A stretch of DNA of 64,000 bases, from the NCBI GenBank assembly GCA_951406725.2, contig OX597814.1:73904001-73968000 (forward strand). The letters are read 5' to 3'. The notes below the pieces were generated by a model. It was given only the letters and a program-made list of their open reading frames with translations. It ran no database searches and was not told where the DNA came from. The translations under genes and the position numbers were made by a program. Positions within the stretch are counted from its first letter, which is position 1; every line of letters starts with the position of its first letter. Shown in pieces: positions 37,362 to 51,349 of the stretch. This DNA is from Octopus vulgaris. Lineage: Eukaryota.

Positions 37362-39287
37362 TAATGTAGTTGACAGGGCTATTAGACAAAAGAAACAGGC
37401 TTGGAGGGACTGGAAGAATGGAGGTAGCAGGGAATTATACCAGACTGCCAGAAGGGAAGCTAGGAGACAGGTTTATTTAGCCAGAGGGGAAGCAGATAAG
37501 AAAAAGTTTGCCAATGTTCTGCGCCGTGAGGACCAAAGACTTGAAGTATTTCGTGCTGTAAGACAGTGCGTGAGAGAGAATTGTGATGTGGTAGGAGAGA
37601 AATGTGTCCGTATGGATGATGGTTCACTTGCACTAAATGAGGATGCAAAGAGAGCGGTTTGGAGACGCCATTATGAAAGGTTGCTCAATAAAGGGAATGA
37701 ATGGGAGAAAGAGAGTTTGCCAAATGTCGACCCAACAGGGGGACCAGCTATTCGAATTGACAGTACCTTAGTAGTTAAGGCAATTAGAAGCATGAAGACA
37801 GGGAAAGCCCCAGGCCCATCAGGAATTACTGCAGAGATGCTCAAAATATCTGGCAGTGTCGGCTATAGCCTAGTCACCCGTATAGTTAACCAGGTGATAC
37901 ATGAAGGAGTCATACCCAATGATTGGTGTAGCAGCATAATAGTCAACTGCTACAAAGGTAAAGGTGACTCTCTAGATACAAATAATTACAGAGGTATCGA
38001 GTTGCTGGATCAAGTAATGAAGGTCACGGAGAGGGTCATAGCCCAACTAATTTGAGAGAGAGTCAGTTTAGATGAGATGCAGTTTGGTTTTGTGCCAGGG
38101 AAAAGTACTGCTGATGCTATATTCCTGGTGAGACAGCTGCAGGAGAAATACCTAGCCAAAGATAAACCTCTGTGCCTGGCTTTTGTTGACATGGAGAAAA
38201 CCTTTGACAGGGTCCCCCGATCCCTTATCTGGTGGTCAATGAGAAAACTAGGGATAGATGAATGGTTAGTGAGAGCCGTGCAAGCCATGTACAGGTATGC
38301 TGTCAGTAAGGTGAGGGTTGGCAATGAGTACACTGAAGAATTCCGGGTAGAGGTAGGGGTCCACCAAGGTTCAGTCCTCACCCCCCTTCTATTTATCATA
38401 GTCCTCCAGGCAATAACGGAGGAATTCAAGACAGGATGCCCTTGGGAGCTCCTCTATGCTGATGACCTTGCTCTAATTGCTGAGTCACTATCAGAACTAG
38501 AGGAGAAGTTTCAGGTGTGGAAGCAAGGGTTAGAATCGAAGGGCCTTAGAGTCAACCTAGCTAAAACCAAAGTTCTAATAAGTAGGAAAGTAGACAAACC
38601 ACAAATCCCTTCAGGTAGATGGCCCTGCTCGATCTGTAGAAAAGACGTAGGTAGAAACTCTATAAGATGCACCAAGTGTAAGCTATGGACACATAAGAGG
38701 TGCAGCAATGTCAAAGGAAGGCTAACTAGGAAGATAGTTTTTGTATGTAGCAGATGCTCAGGAGCAATAAACACTGAAAATACGCAGAGACCAACTTCTG
38801 CCACATTCCAGGGAGAAAAACTAGAAATAGTTGATAGCTTCCGTTACCTAGGTGACCAAGTCAGTAGCGGGGGCGGGTTTGCTGAAAGTGTAACTGCTAG
38901 AGTAAGAATAGCCTGGGCAAAGTTCAGAGAGCTTTTACCTCTGCTGGTGACAAAAGGCCTCTTGCTCAGAGTCAAAGGCAGACTGTATGCCAGTGGCACG
39001 TAAGAGAACCATCCGAATGTGGCTGTTGCCAGCGCCGCCCCGACTGGCACGTAAAAAGCACCATCTGTTCGTGGCCGTTGCCAGCCTCGTCTGGCACCTG
39101 TGCCGGTGGAACGTAAAAAGCACCCACTACACTCACGGAGTGGTTGGCATTAGGAAGGGCATCCAGCTGTAGAAACACTGCCAGATCAGACTGGTCCTGG
39201 TGCAGCCTTCTGGCTTCCCAGTCCCCAGTTGAACTGTCCAACCCATGCTAGCATGGAAAGTGGATGTTAAACGATGATGATGATGAT
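37362..39287 (+). mobile_element. RTE-clade LINE, 5'-truncated, one frameshift, deletion near 38990
   Basis: ORFs 37570-38055 and 38077-39003 (YADD; PHD-like CSIC..C..C..H..C); RTE tail and (GAT)n. Confidence 0.95.
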
Positions 39288-39336
39288 ATATATATATATA
39301 ATAAAATCAAAATAAGCAACAGGATATCCAGAGGTG

Positions 39337-39424
39337 ATGCATTACGACCATTTCAAACAACTCCATTTAATTGAACAATGCAATCATTACATCAGTTTAA
39401 ATGCAGAGCTATCCTCAGCTGCAT
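39337..39424 (-). ncRNA. Degenerate type I hammerhead motif
   Basis: ATGCAg CTGAGGA TAGCTC...GAGTTG ttt GAAA TGGTCG TA^ aTGCAT. Confidence 0.5.
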
Positions 39425-40476
39425 AAATAAATAAATAGAACTAATTTAGTCAGTCAAACACATTGTATAATTTTACTTAAATCCTCAAAGACAGACAAAG
39501 TCTATGCTGCTTTCACTTCAGCTTAGAAGCTACTAAGATATCAGGAAAAAAGAAACTTGTCACTGATTTTGGGGTTGGTTTTGATTTATAGGCTTGTTTA
39601 TCAAATGTTTGTATATTAAAATCTAAGACTATAGAGCATGGATTACCAAGAAAAAATATTTGAGAAAAGTAATAAATGAATTTGCTGTGGAGAGGGAGAA
39701 AATTAAAATATTGAGAACGTGTTTTGTGGGTGAAATCCTACTGTCCTGTATCTCAAACATAGGAACTAGAAGAAATTTAGGAAAAAAATAAGGCGAGGGA
39801 GCAGAAACATCACCTTGGAGATGCTAGAAAAAAGAGGTAAAGTTTCTGTGGAAACTTTCTTTTAAGTTTATGTCAAAAATTAGGTTTTTAAATACCCTCA
39901 TCACAAACACAAAGTACACAATAGAAAATGATCATTTCAGTTTGATGTGAGCTTTAAATTTGCTCATGCACACTGCAAGAAATAACACAGAAATTTTACT
40001 TAGAGTGTGTGTATGTGTGTCAAAGAAGTTATTTTATGGGATTCTTTCGTTTGAAGAAGTAAAGTTGTCAACTTGACATATTTGGGATCATATGATTGTT
40101 CGTTATGATTGTTCCATAAAATTCTTTTAATTTCTTTATTCTTTAAAGAAAGCAGAATTTGAAAGAGAGGATAAAGTGAAAAAGCAACATTTGTTTTGAA
40201 GTGAGAGGTGAAAGTATATATTATGGATATATATATATTATATATATACATACATATATTATATATATAGTATATATATATTATATTATACTACAAAATT
40301 AGAAAATGGAGAAACATACTTAAATCAATCAAACATCAACCATCAGATGATACCCAATCAATATTTTATTACACCATTACATAACAGTAAAGGCATTATA
40401 CAAAATATACTGTAAATATAATTAGACAAGGAAATAGAAATATAAAATATAAAATATAATATGTAATTATATCATA

Positions 40477-40587
40477 TCTGACAGCTGTTTCGGCAGTAAG
40501 GGCAAGCATGCCTCATTTAATCTATAAGCCATATAAGGCAGGTATAAATGAGACATTAACAAGGATGCCCCACGGCCTCTTCAGAGA
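40477..40587 (-). ncRNA. Type I hammerhead motif with long stem II
   Basis: TCT CTGAAGA GGC...(structured insert)...GCC GAAA CAGCTG TC^ AGA; palindromic stem III ACAGCTGT. Confidence 0.75.
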
Positions 40588-40836
40588 ATTTAATTTATTA
40601 TAAGTGTGAAAAAAATTTTTTTTTATATACATATAAATATAAAAATATAAAATATAAAAACGTGTGCATAGACACCCATAATACTACACATATATATATA
40701 TACTCATTAATACAATAATACAATCCCATGGTGGGTTGAATTTTCAACCCCTATCTCATTTTATATTATATTATATATATGCATACATATATATATATAT
40801 TAAATACATATATATACACATATATATATATACATA

Positions 40837-40878
<42 letters not shown>

Positions 40879-40941
40879 CTATGTATATTATATATACATA
40901 TATCATATATATATGTATATAGGTTATAGATATATATTAAA

Positions 40942-41325
40942 CTAGCAGTATCGCCCGGCGTTGCTCGGGTTTGTAAGGGAAATAACTATATAAGCATTTT
41001 TAGAGATGTAAAGTATAATAGCCACCTCAATATGGCTAACCACAAAGGAGAGTGTTACTGTAGCTTTTTACGTTCTGAGATTTAATAATACATTTTTAGA
41101 GAGTTACTTCCCTTATATAATAGCAAAAAAATGCATTAAAAATGAGAAAAAATGATGGTAAATTTTTTTTTAAATCGTAGACTCCTGCTAATACCTAGAA
41201 GGGCTCGATATGAATCACAACTATAAGATACCCGCTTTTGGTTACACTGCACCGCAAAATGTGGGAGTAGTTAGGAATCTAAATCGTAGGAGACAGACAC
41301 ACAACTTCACTTTTATATATAAAGA
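40942..41325 (-). mobile_element. Complete non-autonomous Helitron
   Basis: 5' A|TC start at 41325; 3' hairpin CCCGAGC-aac-GCCGGG then CTAG|T at 40942; no TSD. Confidence 0.85.
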
Positions 41326-41604
<279 letters not shown>

Positions 41605-42859
41605 ATTGTTTCTCCTTCTCGGTCTGTTTAATTCTCATTCTTATTACCATATTTTTGTTCTTCTTTCCTGAAATTAAACTTTGCTTGTTGCTTGTTCGTC
41701 TTATTACCATTATTTTCGTCCCTCTGTCCCCAAACTAAACTTGCTTCCGGTTGCAGTTTATGTGTCTAAAAACTCCCATCTCATGTGGTTCCATTCATTC
41801 CTTCACTAAACGATGTTGAGAAGCTAAGATTTTTCTTATTTTTTTCCCATTGCTTGTACTTCGTTCGCCATTAAACTTTAAATGTACTAACAGCTTGTTT
41901 TCATGAGTTAACCATTGAAAATGTCTCCTCAAAATATAATTTTAATTTTATCTCTCATGTAATTTCGTTATGATAATTACTTGTTTCTCATTCTTATTAC
42001 CATATTTTTGTCCCTCTGTCCCCAAAATAAACTTTGCTTGTTTAAGGTGTGCCCACCCTTTCCTGCCCCCTCCACCAATACCGGATATCTCTATCTTTCC
42101 ACCATCTACACCGGATATCCCTTCTCACACCACCATTACCTGTGTCTATTCTCCCAACCCCTCCTTCTCACTGGGCTGTTCCCCATATATTACCTGGACT
42201 TCTCTCTCTCCTAGGACAAATGCAGCCAGCCCCGCTGCTTATCAACCCACCCACTTAACCGGCTATCTTACGTTTCGTTCTGTCTAGAAATTTGTCACTA
42301 CCCCTACCAGTTATCTCTTCTCCCAATTCTCCTTCCTCCCTGGTGCTGTTCCCTATATTACCTGCACTCTCTCTTTCTCTATCTCTCTACTGGACAAACG
42401 CAACCAGGTTATCTGCCCACCCACTTTACTGGCTATCTTTCGTTTAATTTTCATCTGTCTAGAAACATGCCAACAACTACCCAGGAATTTTCCTTGGCCT
42501 TATGAAGTGTAGGAGAAAGCTATTTGGCTGTCCATGTGTGCTTGTGTGTATGTAGGAATGAGTTTGTTTCCTTTCCCTCTTGTGGCACCTTCCATTATAC
42601 CTGCAATCGTCCTCTACTTTGACAAATGCAACCAGTTAACCTAACATTGAACATTGGAATATCCATATTTCTGCAACACTGCTTAAATCTACATCATTCG
42701 ATGACCATAATGCTTATGCTTACAACGCTGCTAACACCAGCTCCTACCTCCAGTAGGGGCAACAATCTTAACATGCTTGAATGCTTGTGTGTTGTCAGGT
42801 CGGAAGAGAGAACAGATGAAGCATGCCTAAAAAACGAACACCACAACAACCCTCTTCTT

Positions 42860-44652
42860 TTCAGGTGCTGAATAACATCCCTCATCCCACATTCCCTCCC
42901 AGTTTTCAGAGTTGGCACACTGAAAGGTAGGTCTACTGAGATTGTAGAGATGCTTGAAAGGTGGCGGGTTGATGTATGCTGCATACAAGAAGTAAGATGG
43001 AGAGGAGCTTCAGCTAGGGTCCTCACAGGCAAGGCACATAGATATAAAGTCTTCTGGCAAGGTAACATGGATGGTGTAGGAGGTGTATGCATACTCCTTG
43101 CGGAGAAATGGGTAGATAAGGTCACAAGGGTTGTTAGGGTATGCGATAGAGTGCTTAAGCTCAGGCTAGTCCTGCAGAACAGCACAGCTACAATTATCTC
43201 CGCCTACGCTCCATATGCAGGGTTACCAAATGATTAGAAGGACCACTTTTATGATACCTGTCTACAGGTTACCTCAAAGATGAGTGGCAATGACCTCATC
43301 TTTGTGGCTGGAGACTTTAATGGGCATGTTGGGCGGGAATCTGGTATCTTCACTGGGGTACATGGTGGCTATAGTATTGACACCCAAAACGATGAGGGAA
43401 CTAGGTTATTGGAGTTCTGTGATGCATGTAACCTTTTAATCTGCAACACTATCTTTAGGAAGCCAGACAGCCACCTTATAACCTATCAATCAGGGGACTC
43501 TGCTAGCCAGATTGATTTCATCCTCACGAGACAGCAGGATGCAGGGCTGCTCTTAAATACAAAGACCCTCCTGGGTGAAGAATATACTGCCCCCACTAGC
43601 ATAAGCTAGTCATTAGTGACTTTAGGCTTGAGGCCAGAAGGATACCAATCCAAAAAAGGATTTGGAAGCTAAAGAATCCTTCACATGGTAAGAGATTTAG
43701 AGACATCCTTATCTAGAAATTTGATGAGAGGGAGGAGCTCCAGACATCGGACATAGAAGCTAGCTGGAAATTCCTACAGGACAGCTTGCTGAGTGCGACA
43801 GACCAAGTCTGCGGATGGTGCAAAGTCCCTTCTAGACCTAGATGTTACATGGTGGTGGAATAGTACAGTAGACAAAGCCATTAAAGCAAAGAAACAGGCC
43901 TGGAAAGCTTCGAAGGGTGGGTGTAGCAGGGAACTGTACTAGACAGCCAGAAGGGAGGCTGGGCAACAGTTATAATTAGACAGGGAGAAGCAGAAAAGAA
44001 GTTTGCCAATGTTCAGCCATGCGAGGACCAATGACCTGAAATATTTCAGATTGCAAGATAGTGTGTGAAAGAAAATTGTGATGTCACAGGAAAGAAATGT
44101 GTCCGCATGGATGATGGTGCACTTGCTTTTAATGATTCTGAAAAGAAAGAGGCTTGGAGAAGCCATTATGAAAGACTGCTGAATGTGGAGAATGAATGGG
44201 AGGAGGAGAGCCTGCCAAATGTTGACCCAGTAGAGGGACCAGCTATCCCTATAGACAGCTCCCTAGTAGATAAAGCAATTAAGGGTATGAAGCCAGGAAA
44301 AGCCCCTGGTCCATCAGGAATCACCACTGAGATGCTTAAAACATCTGGTAATGTGGGCTATGGCCTAGTCACCTGCATTGTAAACCAGGTAGTTCATAAT
44401 CGAGTCATATCCAATGACTGGCGTAGCAGTACCATAGTCAAATGCTACAAAGGTAAAGGTGATGCTTTTGATAGAAATAACTACAGGGGTATCAAACTGC
44501 TGGATCAGGTGATGAAGGTCACGGACAGGGTCATAGCCCATCTCATTAGGGAGAGAGTCTGCTTAGATGAGATGCAGTTCAGTTTTGTGCCAGGTAGAAG
44601 CACCACTGATGCCATATTTCTTGTTCAACAACTGCAGGAGAAATACCTAGCT
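42860..44652 (+). mobile_element. RTE-clade LINE 5' part (APE endonuclease and start of RT), 3'-truncated
   Basis: CCIQEVRW, ISAYAP, GDFNGHVG, SQIDFIL, then KAPGPSG...EMQFSF. Confidence 0.95.
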
Positions 44653-46833
44653 TTTATGTAGCTTCTATGAAAAAAACCCAAGCTAAAATTGTCACAGTAT
44701 TTTACAAAAACTAGTGCAGCAATATACTAAAATTAAAAGTTTATGGTATTAAGACATTTGTCTACAATCCATACTGAAATTCTGTTGAAGGTGACTTTAT
44801 CTTTCATATGTTAGGCTAATTAATCAGTATCAATAATATACTGAAGGTGATTCTATTTTCATCAAAGAAACCTCTACATGGTTATTTGTTTTATAAGAAG
44901 GAGCAACCTCATTTTCTAGTAATCATATCCACATTTTTGGAAAGGAAGCAACACATTAGATACTGCACTCTTGTATACCACTGAAAAGACAGAATGGTGA
45001 TGGCTGGAATACTTCTGTAAAACAACTATAACTGGACTTATTACTAGGTCTTTAATTTTTTTGAATGGTCTCATCAAGTGCTCAATTGTAAAAGTCCATC
45101 TTGTTGCACATTATGAGGAGGAATAGACTCTCTAACATGCAACCATGTCATTAATAATGCTAACTGCATCAGTTATGAAGTGACAAAATCAGACTCTTGA
45201 TTTCAGCTTAGCATTTTTGCAGGCTGATGTTCTAAAGACAGCTGTTCTTCAAGCTATTTTCTGATTAATATTCAAAATCACTGGTATGAAAGGTGAAGAA
45301 GTGCATCTGAGTTGAAAGATGCATTTTAGTCATGGTACAAGAAAGTCACTCAAATACTGAGTTTGAGAAGAGGAGTGAATGTTTATGACAAAACTTTATT
45401 TCTCTAGTATGATACAATTCGGAAATAGGTGGGTATTCTATGGAAATGAATTGTTTGAGAAGGATGTGATTACAGTAGTAATAAAAGAAATTGTACTCAT
45501 GAGAGTGAAACATTTATGATAGATTGTTAATTAATCCAAAAAATAGAAATACTGTATCCCTAATAGAAATAAAGAAAGTAAGTTCATCATTATCATTTAA
45601 CAACCATCTTCCATGCTGGTATAGATTGGATAGTTTGACAGGTCCAAAATTCTGTATCATGTTCAAGTGTCTGCTTTTGGCATGGTTTCTACAGTTGGAT
45701 GCCCTTCCTAATGCTAATCACTTTACAACTGAGTGTTTTCTGCTTTTGGCACCAGCACTAGTGAGGTCACTATGTCGCCTTCAAAACCAAAATCTTTTTT
45801 AACTGAGAAGGGTTACAATAGAGTGGAAAGCAGTTTTATGCAATGGGGTGCAAGGTTAAAATGTGAGATAGGGCCAAAATAGAAAAGGTTTCTTGTTGTC
45901 AAAGAGTTTCATGGCTACTCCCATTATAGTAAAAAGGGTGGGATTAACTGGGATAGAGATAAAAGTTGTGGTGATGAATTGTCAGGATGGACCCTCAGAT
46001 GAGGTGAGTGGGTGGGCAGTGTATGGGAGACTGAGAGATAGGGAATGGGTGAGGTGATTATGAAGAACAAGAGTTGCTACTGTCATGAATTAATTGTGCT
46101 ATGATTCTGTCACCTTTATAACCCGAGGTAAAACAATAAGCTAAGAGGGGCTGAACCCACCCCCGAGGTGGCCAGTTGCACCATTTGAGACCACTTGAAT
46201 GAACAATAATAGGAAATATCTTGAAGTGAAAATCTTCTTTGAAGTTAAATATTATCAAAGCTTAAATCCAAGAAAGATTCCATATCATTTCCTAAGTTAG
46301 GAACATTTTAAAGTCTTCAATGAGCTGATCATCATTAAAAAAGGGAGGGGAAAAAAAAAAAAAGAACTGGATTGCACAAAATGTTTTTTGTCCTCATTGA
46401 AGCGACTTAGTAGCTGCAATGATATAAGAGATATTTTAGCTGCACAGATCACCAGAGGTTCACTCAAAAACTGACAATTCCTCACTTGTAGCTTTATGTT
46501 ATCTTCTAAGTAATGAGGTAAAAAAAAAAAAAAATCAGCAAGGAAGTTCAAATAGAATAGATGAAAGAACATAAATAGAACTGAGAATGTCCAACCTACA
46601 GAGAGCCTTTCTGCAAGTCACAAGTGTTTTATATTTAACATTTAATTTTTAAGACTTCAAATTTGTTGAAAATACCTCCATTGATACTGATATGATGCAC
46701 TGCTTAAACTAAAGGTTAGAACTGAAAAATCTCAGAAGACACCACCAATGTTGCTGTGCGACTATCTTTGGAAAGGTTTACATATAGAGGTGGACTTATG
46801 ATTTTCCCCCATGTTAGTTATGCAATTTGTAAC

Positions 46834-46999
46834 TGCCGTATTTTAACATGTATAAGGAACCTTCTAATTTTTTGGGTTTAAAATTTGGAAAAAAGGTTTT
46901 GTAAGAGATTATAATACTATCCATGTATAAGAAACTCCCATATTTTTTAACTTAATTTTTGAAAAAAAAAAGTTTCCTTATACACGTTAAAATACAGTA
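46834..46999. mobile_element. Tc1/mariner/pogo-type MITE
   Basis: TIRs tgccgtattttaacatgtataaggaa / ttccttatacacgttaaaatacagta. Confidence 0.75.
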
Positions 47000-47630
47000 A
47001 TTTTAAAGTTTTGTAAGTTAAATGATTAGGAACATTTGTGATCCACACTAATGTTTCCAGATCAGATCTAAGAAGCTCCGGGCAATATTGCATGTGGAAA
47101 CTAAAAAGAACCCAGTTTCCAGTGCTTTGTTGTAGGTGTAGCCATGGCTCTGTGGTAAGAAATTTACTAAGTACTGGGGTTGATTTATTTGACTAAAAAT
47201 TCTTCAAAGTGGTACCTCAGCCTAGCCGCATACTAATAATTAAAACAAGTAACGGATAAAAGATGACTTGCAGTTCTGTTGAACATTCTCATCAGATTAC
47301 AAACTGGAGATACATCCACTAACACTGCTGACAAGATTCTTAAAAATAGTAGGAGCATGATTGAAATTGGTTTTGATGTAAATGACTCTCTTAGTTTCCA
47401 TATGGTTTGTATTTGCATGTGCCAAAATTTAATCTTGTGTAGGAAGTTGAATGCTATTACACTGTGAAAATGATATTAAAGTTTTTTTCAATGAACCGAT
47501 TAACTTTTTTTTTCCTTATTCTATCCAGTTTGTGTCAGTTTATATTGTTAGAAACAGCTGGTCTATCATTTCTGCTCAAGCAGAAATCTGGTGATAATCA
47601 GATTTAAATTTTATCAATACCATAGAAGAA

Positions 47631-47676
<46 letters not shown>

Positions 47677-49649
47677 AAAAAATGATTTCAGATTCTATTA
47701 ACTGGAACCTATAGAAGTTCATGTCATTCCATTACTGCTTTATCAACTGACCATATTGTAATTATTTCTACCCACATCTAAGAAATTAAATTTAATAGGA
47801 TGTAAATTAGACAGAATGGTAATAAATTATACACACACACAATTAAGTATTGAGAGAATTTATAAATAAATTTTCATTTGCATATTTAATAAATGTGTAT
47901 TTAGCATTGCAATGCAAAAAAATTCTGGAGCTAAACAATTGGCATACAGTATGGTAGAAATACCTGAAAGTAGATGAGTGGATAAGCACTTTCCCTTGTG
48001 AAATTCTCTTTTAGTGTCATGACAGAGTTAGGCTTTTATTTTGGCGGGGATTCTGTTGGGAATGTTTTAATATTATTTCTTTTGCCTTTAGAAGAATTTG
48101 TTGTCTGTGTATCCTGGTGAGATCTTTTGCTTTGCAGTGTTGCCTGAACATAGTTTTTAACCATATGAGTTTTCTTGCCATTTGCTTTGCCAATTTCTAT
48201 TTTAGTTTACAAGTTAGATTGATATTGACGATAGCATGCATTGAATCTTTTGATATAATTTAGGTAATGTACATACCAACTACCAATTTCTGTGGCTTTT
48301 TGTTCTTCAGTTTGAGTCTATTAACTAATATAAGTTTATTGTACAGTGTGTGGCAGTATGAATGTGAAAATTTTGGATTTTTGTAAAAATGAACAAGGAC
48401 AGTTTATTTTTGTATTCAATGGAGTATTTACAACTTATGTACAGACATGTACGTGTGTGTATGCATATATAGAAGATTGCTTTTGTACAGAAGTCAAACA
48501 ATTTCAAAGATATTATGTTTCTATTCTTTGGAGTGAAAAAAAGAGATGGGCAACAATTTATATCTGAAATTTCATGGCATACACTCACCAATAATGAACT
48601 TTTAATTCCACAGACCTGTGTAGTTCTAGGTTCAACCTCAAATTGACCAATGCCTTGTGAGTGAAATTTGATAAACAGACATTGTGTGGAAGCCCCTCCA
48701 TGCTTTTGCTAATTGTGCTAGATAGTCATCTTGGCCTCACATACGACAAAAAAAAAAAAAAACAAAAACAAAAAAAAAATCTAAAAGGGAGAGATGGCAG
48801 CACTAGAACTCACCAGATACTGATTTGGTCCAAGACTCGAACCCACAACATTATGATCATGAGCCCCAAAACACCTTCAAATATACAAGCTGTATTTACT
48901 GGTCTCCCATTATGTCAAATGGGTAACATATTTTATTAAATGGTTGAGTTTTGGGAGTGGTTTTCTTCTTGAAGTTGCTGCAGCCCAAAATGTGTCTCAC
49001 AATGCTGCACCACAAATCTTTGTCTTCTTTTATAGGTCTTCAATTTAATGTTGTGTCTTTGCCAGTGACATCAATACAGTTGTCTGTTCTCTAGTATGGT
49101 AATGAAGTCTCCAGAATATAACATCTGAATGACCTGTTATTCAGTATGATAGCAGTGGCTAGCAAAACCCTATACTGATTGTGGAATGTATCTATAAGCC
49201 TTCTTTTTGCTCTTGTGGTTATGCTAAGTTTTGAGTCCTAGTAAGAACAAAGTAGTCTTTCATAGCCAAGGTTTTGGCTCCATAGAGAATGATCTGTTCA
49301 TAACTTCAAGAAGGTAACCTTGATTTTGAAATACTTGTTTGACATATTTTTTTTAAGCTTACATGTACTCAATTCAAGACATAAGTTCCAAAATGGTCAC
49401 AGTCAAATAAAAGAATACAACCAGATACAAGTTTTTTGGTTAAGAAGTATTACTGACTACAAGTTCAGGGCTTATTAAAACTACTTGCATACTTGACCAC
49501 ACCACATAAAAAAAAAGGCACTACAATTTCTGGTGCCCAGAAGAAGTCTTTTTTGGTACTCAATTTCTTGCAAATTATTGTAGCATTAAGATTACTAAGA
49601 ATTCCTAAAACAAAATGTGCAGATGTCTCAAACAATATAGGATTAAGAC

Positions 49650-49897
49650 GTGCCGGTGGCACGTAAAAAGCACCATCCGTTCGTGGCTGTTGCCAGCCTC
49701 GCCTGGCACCTGTGCCGGTGGCACATAAAAAGCACCCACTACACTCACGGAGTGGTTGGTGTTAGGAAGGGCATCCAGCCGTAGAAACATTGCCAGATCA
49801 GACTGGGCCTGATGCAGCCTTCTGGCTTCCCAGACCCCAGTTGAACCTTCCAACCCATGCTAGCATGGAAAGCGGACGCTAAACGATGATGATGATG
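49650..49897 (+). mobile_element. RTE LINE 3'UTR fragment
   Basis: Near-identical to 39045-39287, with (GAT)n tail. Confidence 0.85.
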
Positions 49898-50503
49898 TCA
49901 AACTACTCACCATGGGTTTATAAATCCAGATTTTAATAAAATTAAAAAAAAAAATTCTAATTTAACCACACTATGGTCATTTTTTCCTAATGCTAGGAGT
50001 TATAGAAATAAACTCCCTTTTCATGAGTTAAATGTGCAGTCACTCCCCCTTTATACTTAAATCCCTGATTGACTAATGTGGTTTACCTAATTGAATAAAA
50101 ACAAGTCTGAGTTAACAGTAGGAAGGGTATTTAACTGAAAACTTTTGTTCCAGTAAGTTAAACTTCCATCTGATAAGCAAGGAAAATTGAATGCAAAGAC
50201 AGTAGGAATATGAACATCTATGTTATAGTAAACAAACTACTATGTAGCCATATCATTAAAAGGGGAGCAATAACCTCCACCAGCCTAATATGCAATAGAT
50301 TTTCAAGAAAAACCATATGGAGAGTTGTTTCTATTATAGAAATGTTTTTGAAAATGGGGACGAAAATAAATTCCTCATTATCAATTCTTTGATGTCAAAT
50401 TTTCCTTACATGAACTTGAGATTAATGCAATTAAAGAATAAACAAATACAAAGTTAAAAGAAGAAATAAAAATGAATTTATGGACAAAATAATGAAAAAA
50501 GAT

Positions 50504-50570
50504 TCAATCTTTCATCTCTCCCTCTTCGTCTTCTTCCTCTACTCCTCTTATATATAAAACATTGTTGCAT
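50504..50570 (-). CDS. SNRPF: Small nuclear ribonucleoprotein F, exon 4
   Basis: tttcag|A TGC AAC...: (R)[21 protein letters not shown]. Confidence 0.95.
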
Positions 50571-51082
50571 CTGAAACAAAATATTATGTCAAAATCAGAA
50601 AGAAATTCCTTTAGTTATATATAAAATACATAAATAAGAAAATTCAGAATGAATATAGAATGGAATAACTTTAAACTAATAAAAAATTACAAAATGCAAC
50701 TTTTGGATTTAAAGTTTAAAAAAAAAAAAACTCTTAAAAACAACAAATTTCACATATATTTTAAAGTTGAAACTGTAAGCAATATCAAAGTTTGCAAACT
50801 TTTGATTGTAATATATAACAAATATTCTCTTATTAATTACTGATAATTCGTGAAGCTACCAAAGATAAACTCACACTTGCAAGAGTGATTCAGAAGTTAG
50901 TTTAGCCTTGCAGCTTTAGGTTCAGTCCTACTGTGACATATTAAGTGTCATCTACTCTAGCCCAAGGCTGAGCAATGCCTTGAGTGAATTTAGTAGGCAA
51001 AACCTGTATGAAGCATGTTATGTGTGTGTGAATATTTACATTCTGCACTTCATATGAAAAAGTACTGAACTAGAAACAGTGA

Positions 51083-51349
51083 TACAGTTCTATATTTAAG
51101 AGATGAAGAATTATGTACATTATTTACATTCGATGGATATTTGTACTCATCTTGTTAGTTGTTAATACAACGTTTCGTCTGATATACTCTCCAGCCTTCA
51201 TCAGGTGTCTTGGGGAAATTTCAAACCTGGGTTCTCATTCCTAAGGTACTTTACGATATTATTATTATTATTGTTCAGGTCACTGCTTGGAATGGAACTC
51301 GGAATCTTGGGGTTAGTAGTCCGCACTCTTAACTACTACGCCACACGCC
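51083..51349 (-). mobile_element. tRNA-headed hammerhead SINE, second copy (in SNRPF intron 3)
   Basis: Collinear with 31005-31321; head TGGCGTAGTAGTTAAGAGTGC...GAGTTCCATTCC. Confidence 0.85.
51164..51209 (-). ncRNA. Type I minimal hammerhead motif (one mismatch each in stems I and II)
   Basis: GACAC CTGATGA a GGCTG gagagtatat CAGAC GAAA CG TT GTATT. Confidence 0.6.

Noticed and set aside
42262-42320. GAAACGTA hammerhead 3' half on the minus strand
   Set aside because: No matching CUGAnGA half or stem II.
47233-48300. Short ORFs at 47279-47467 and about 48035-48200
   Set aside because: No recognisable domain or convincing splice pair.
51270-51349. tRNA gene (also 31245-31315 and 37118-37170)
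   Set aside because: Incomplete cloverleaf continuing into a SINE body; these are SINE heads.
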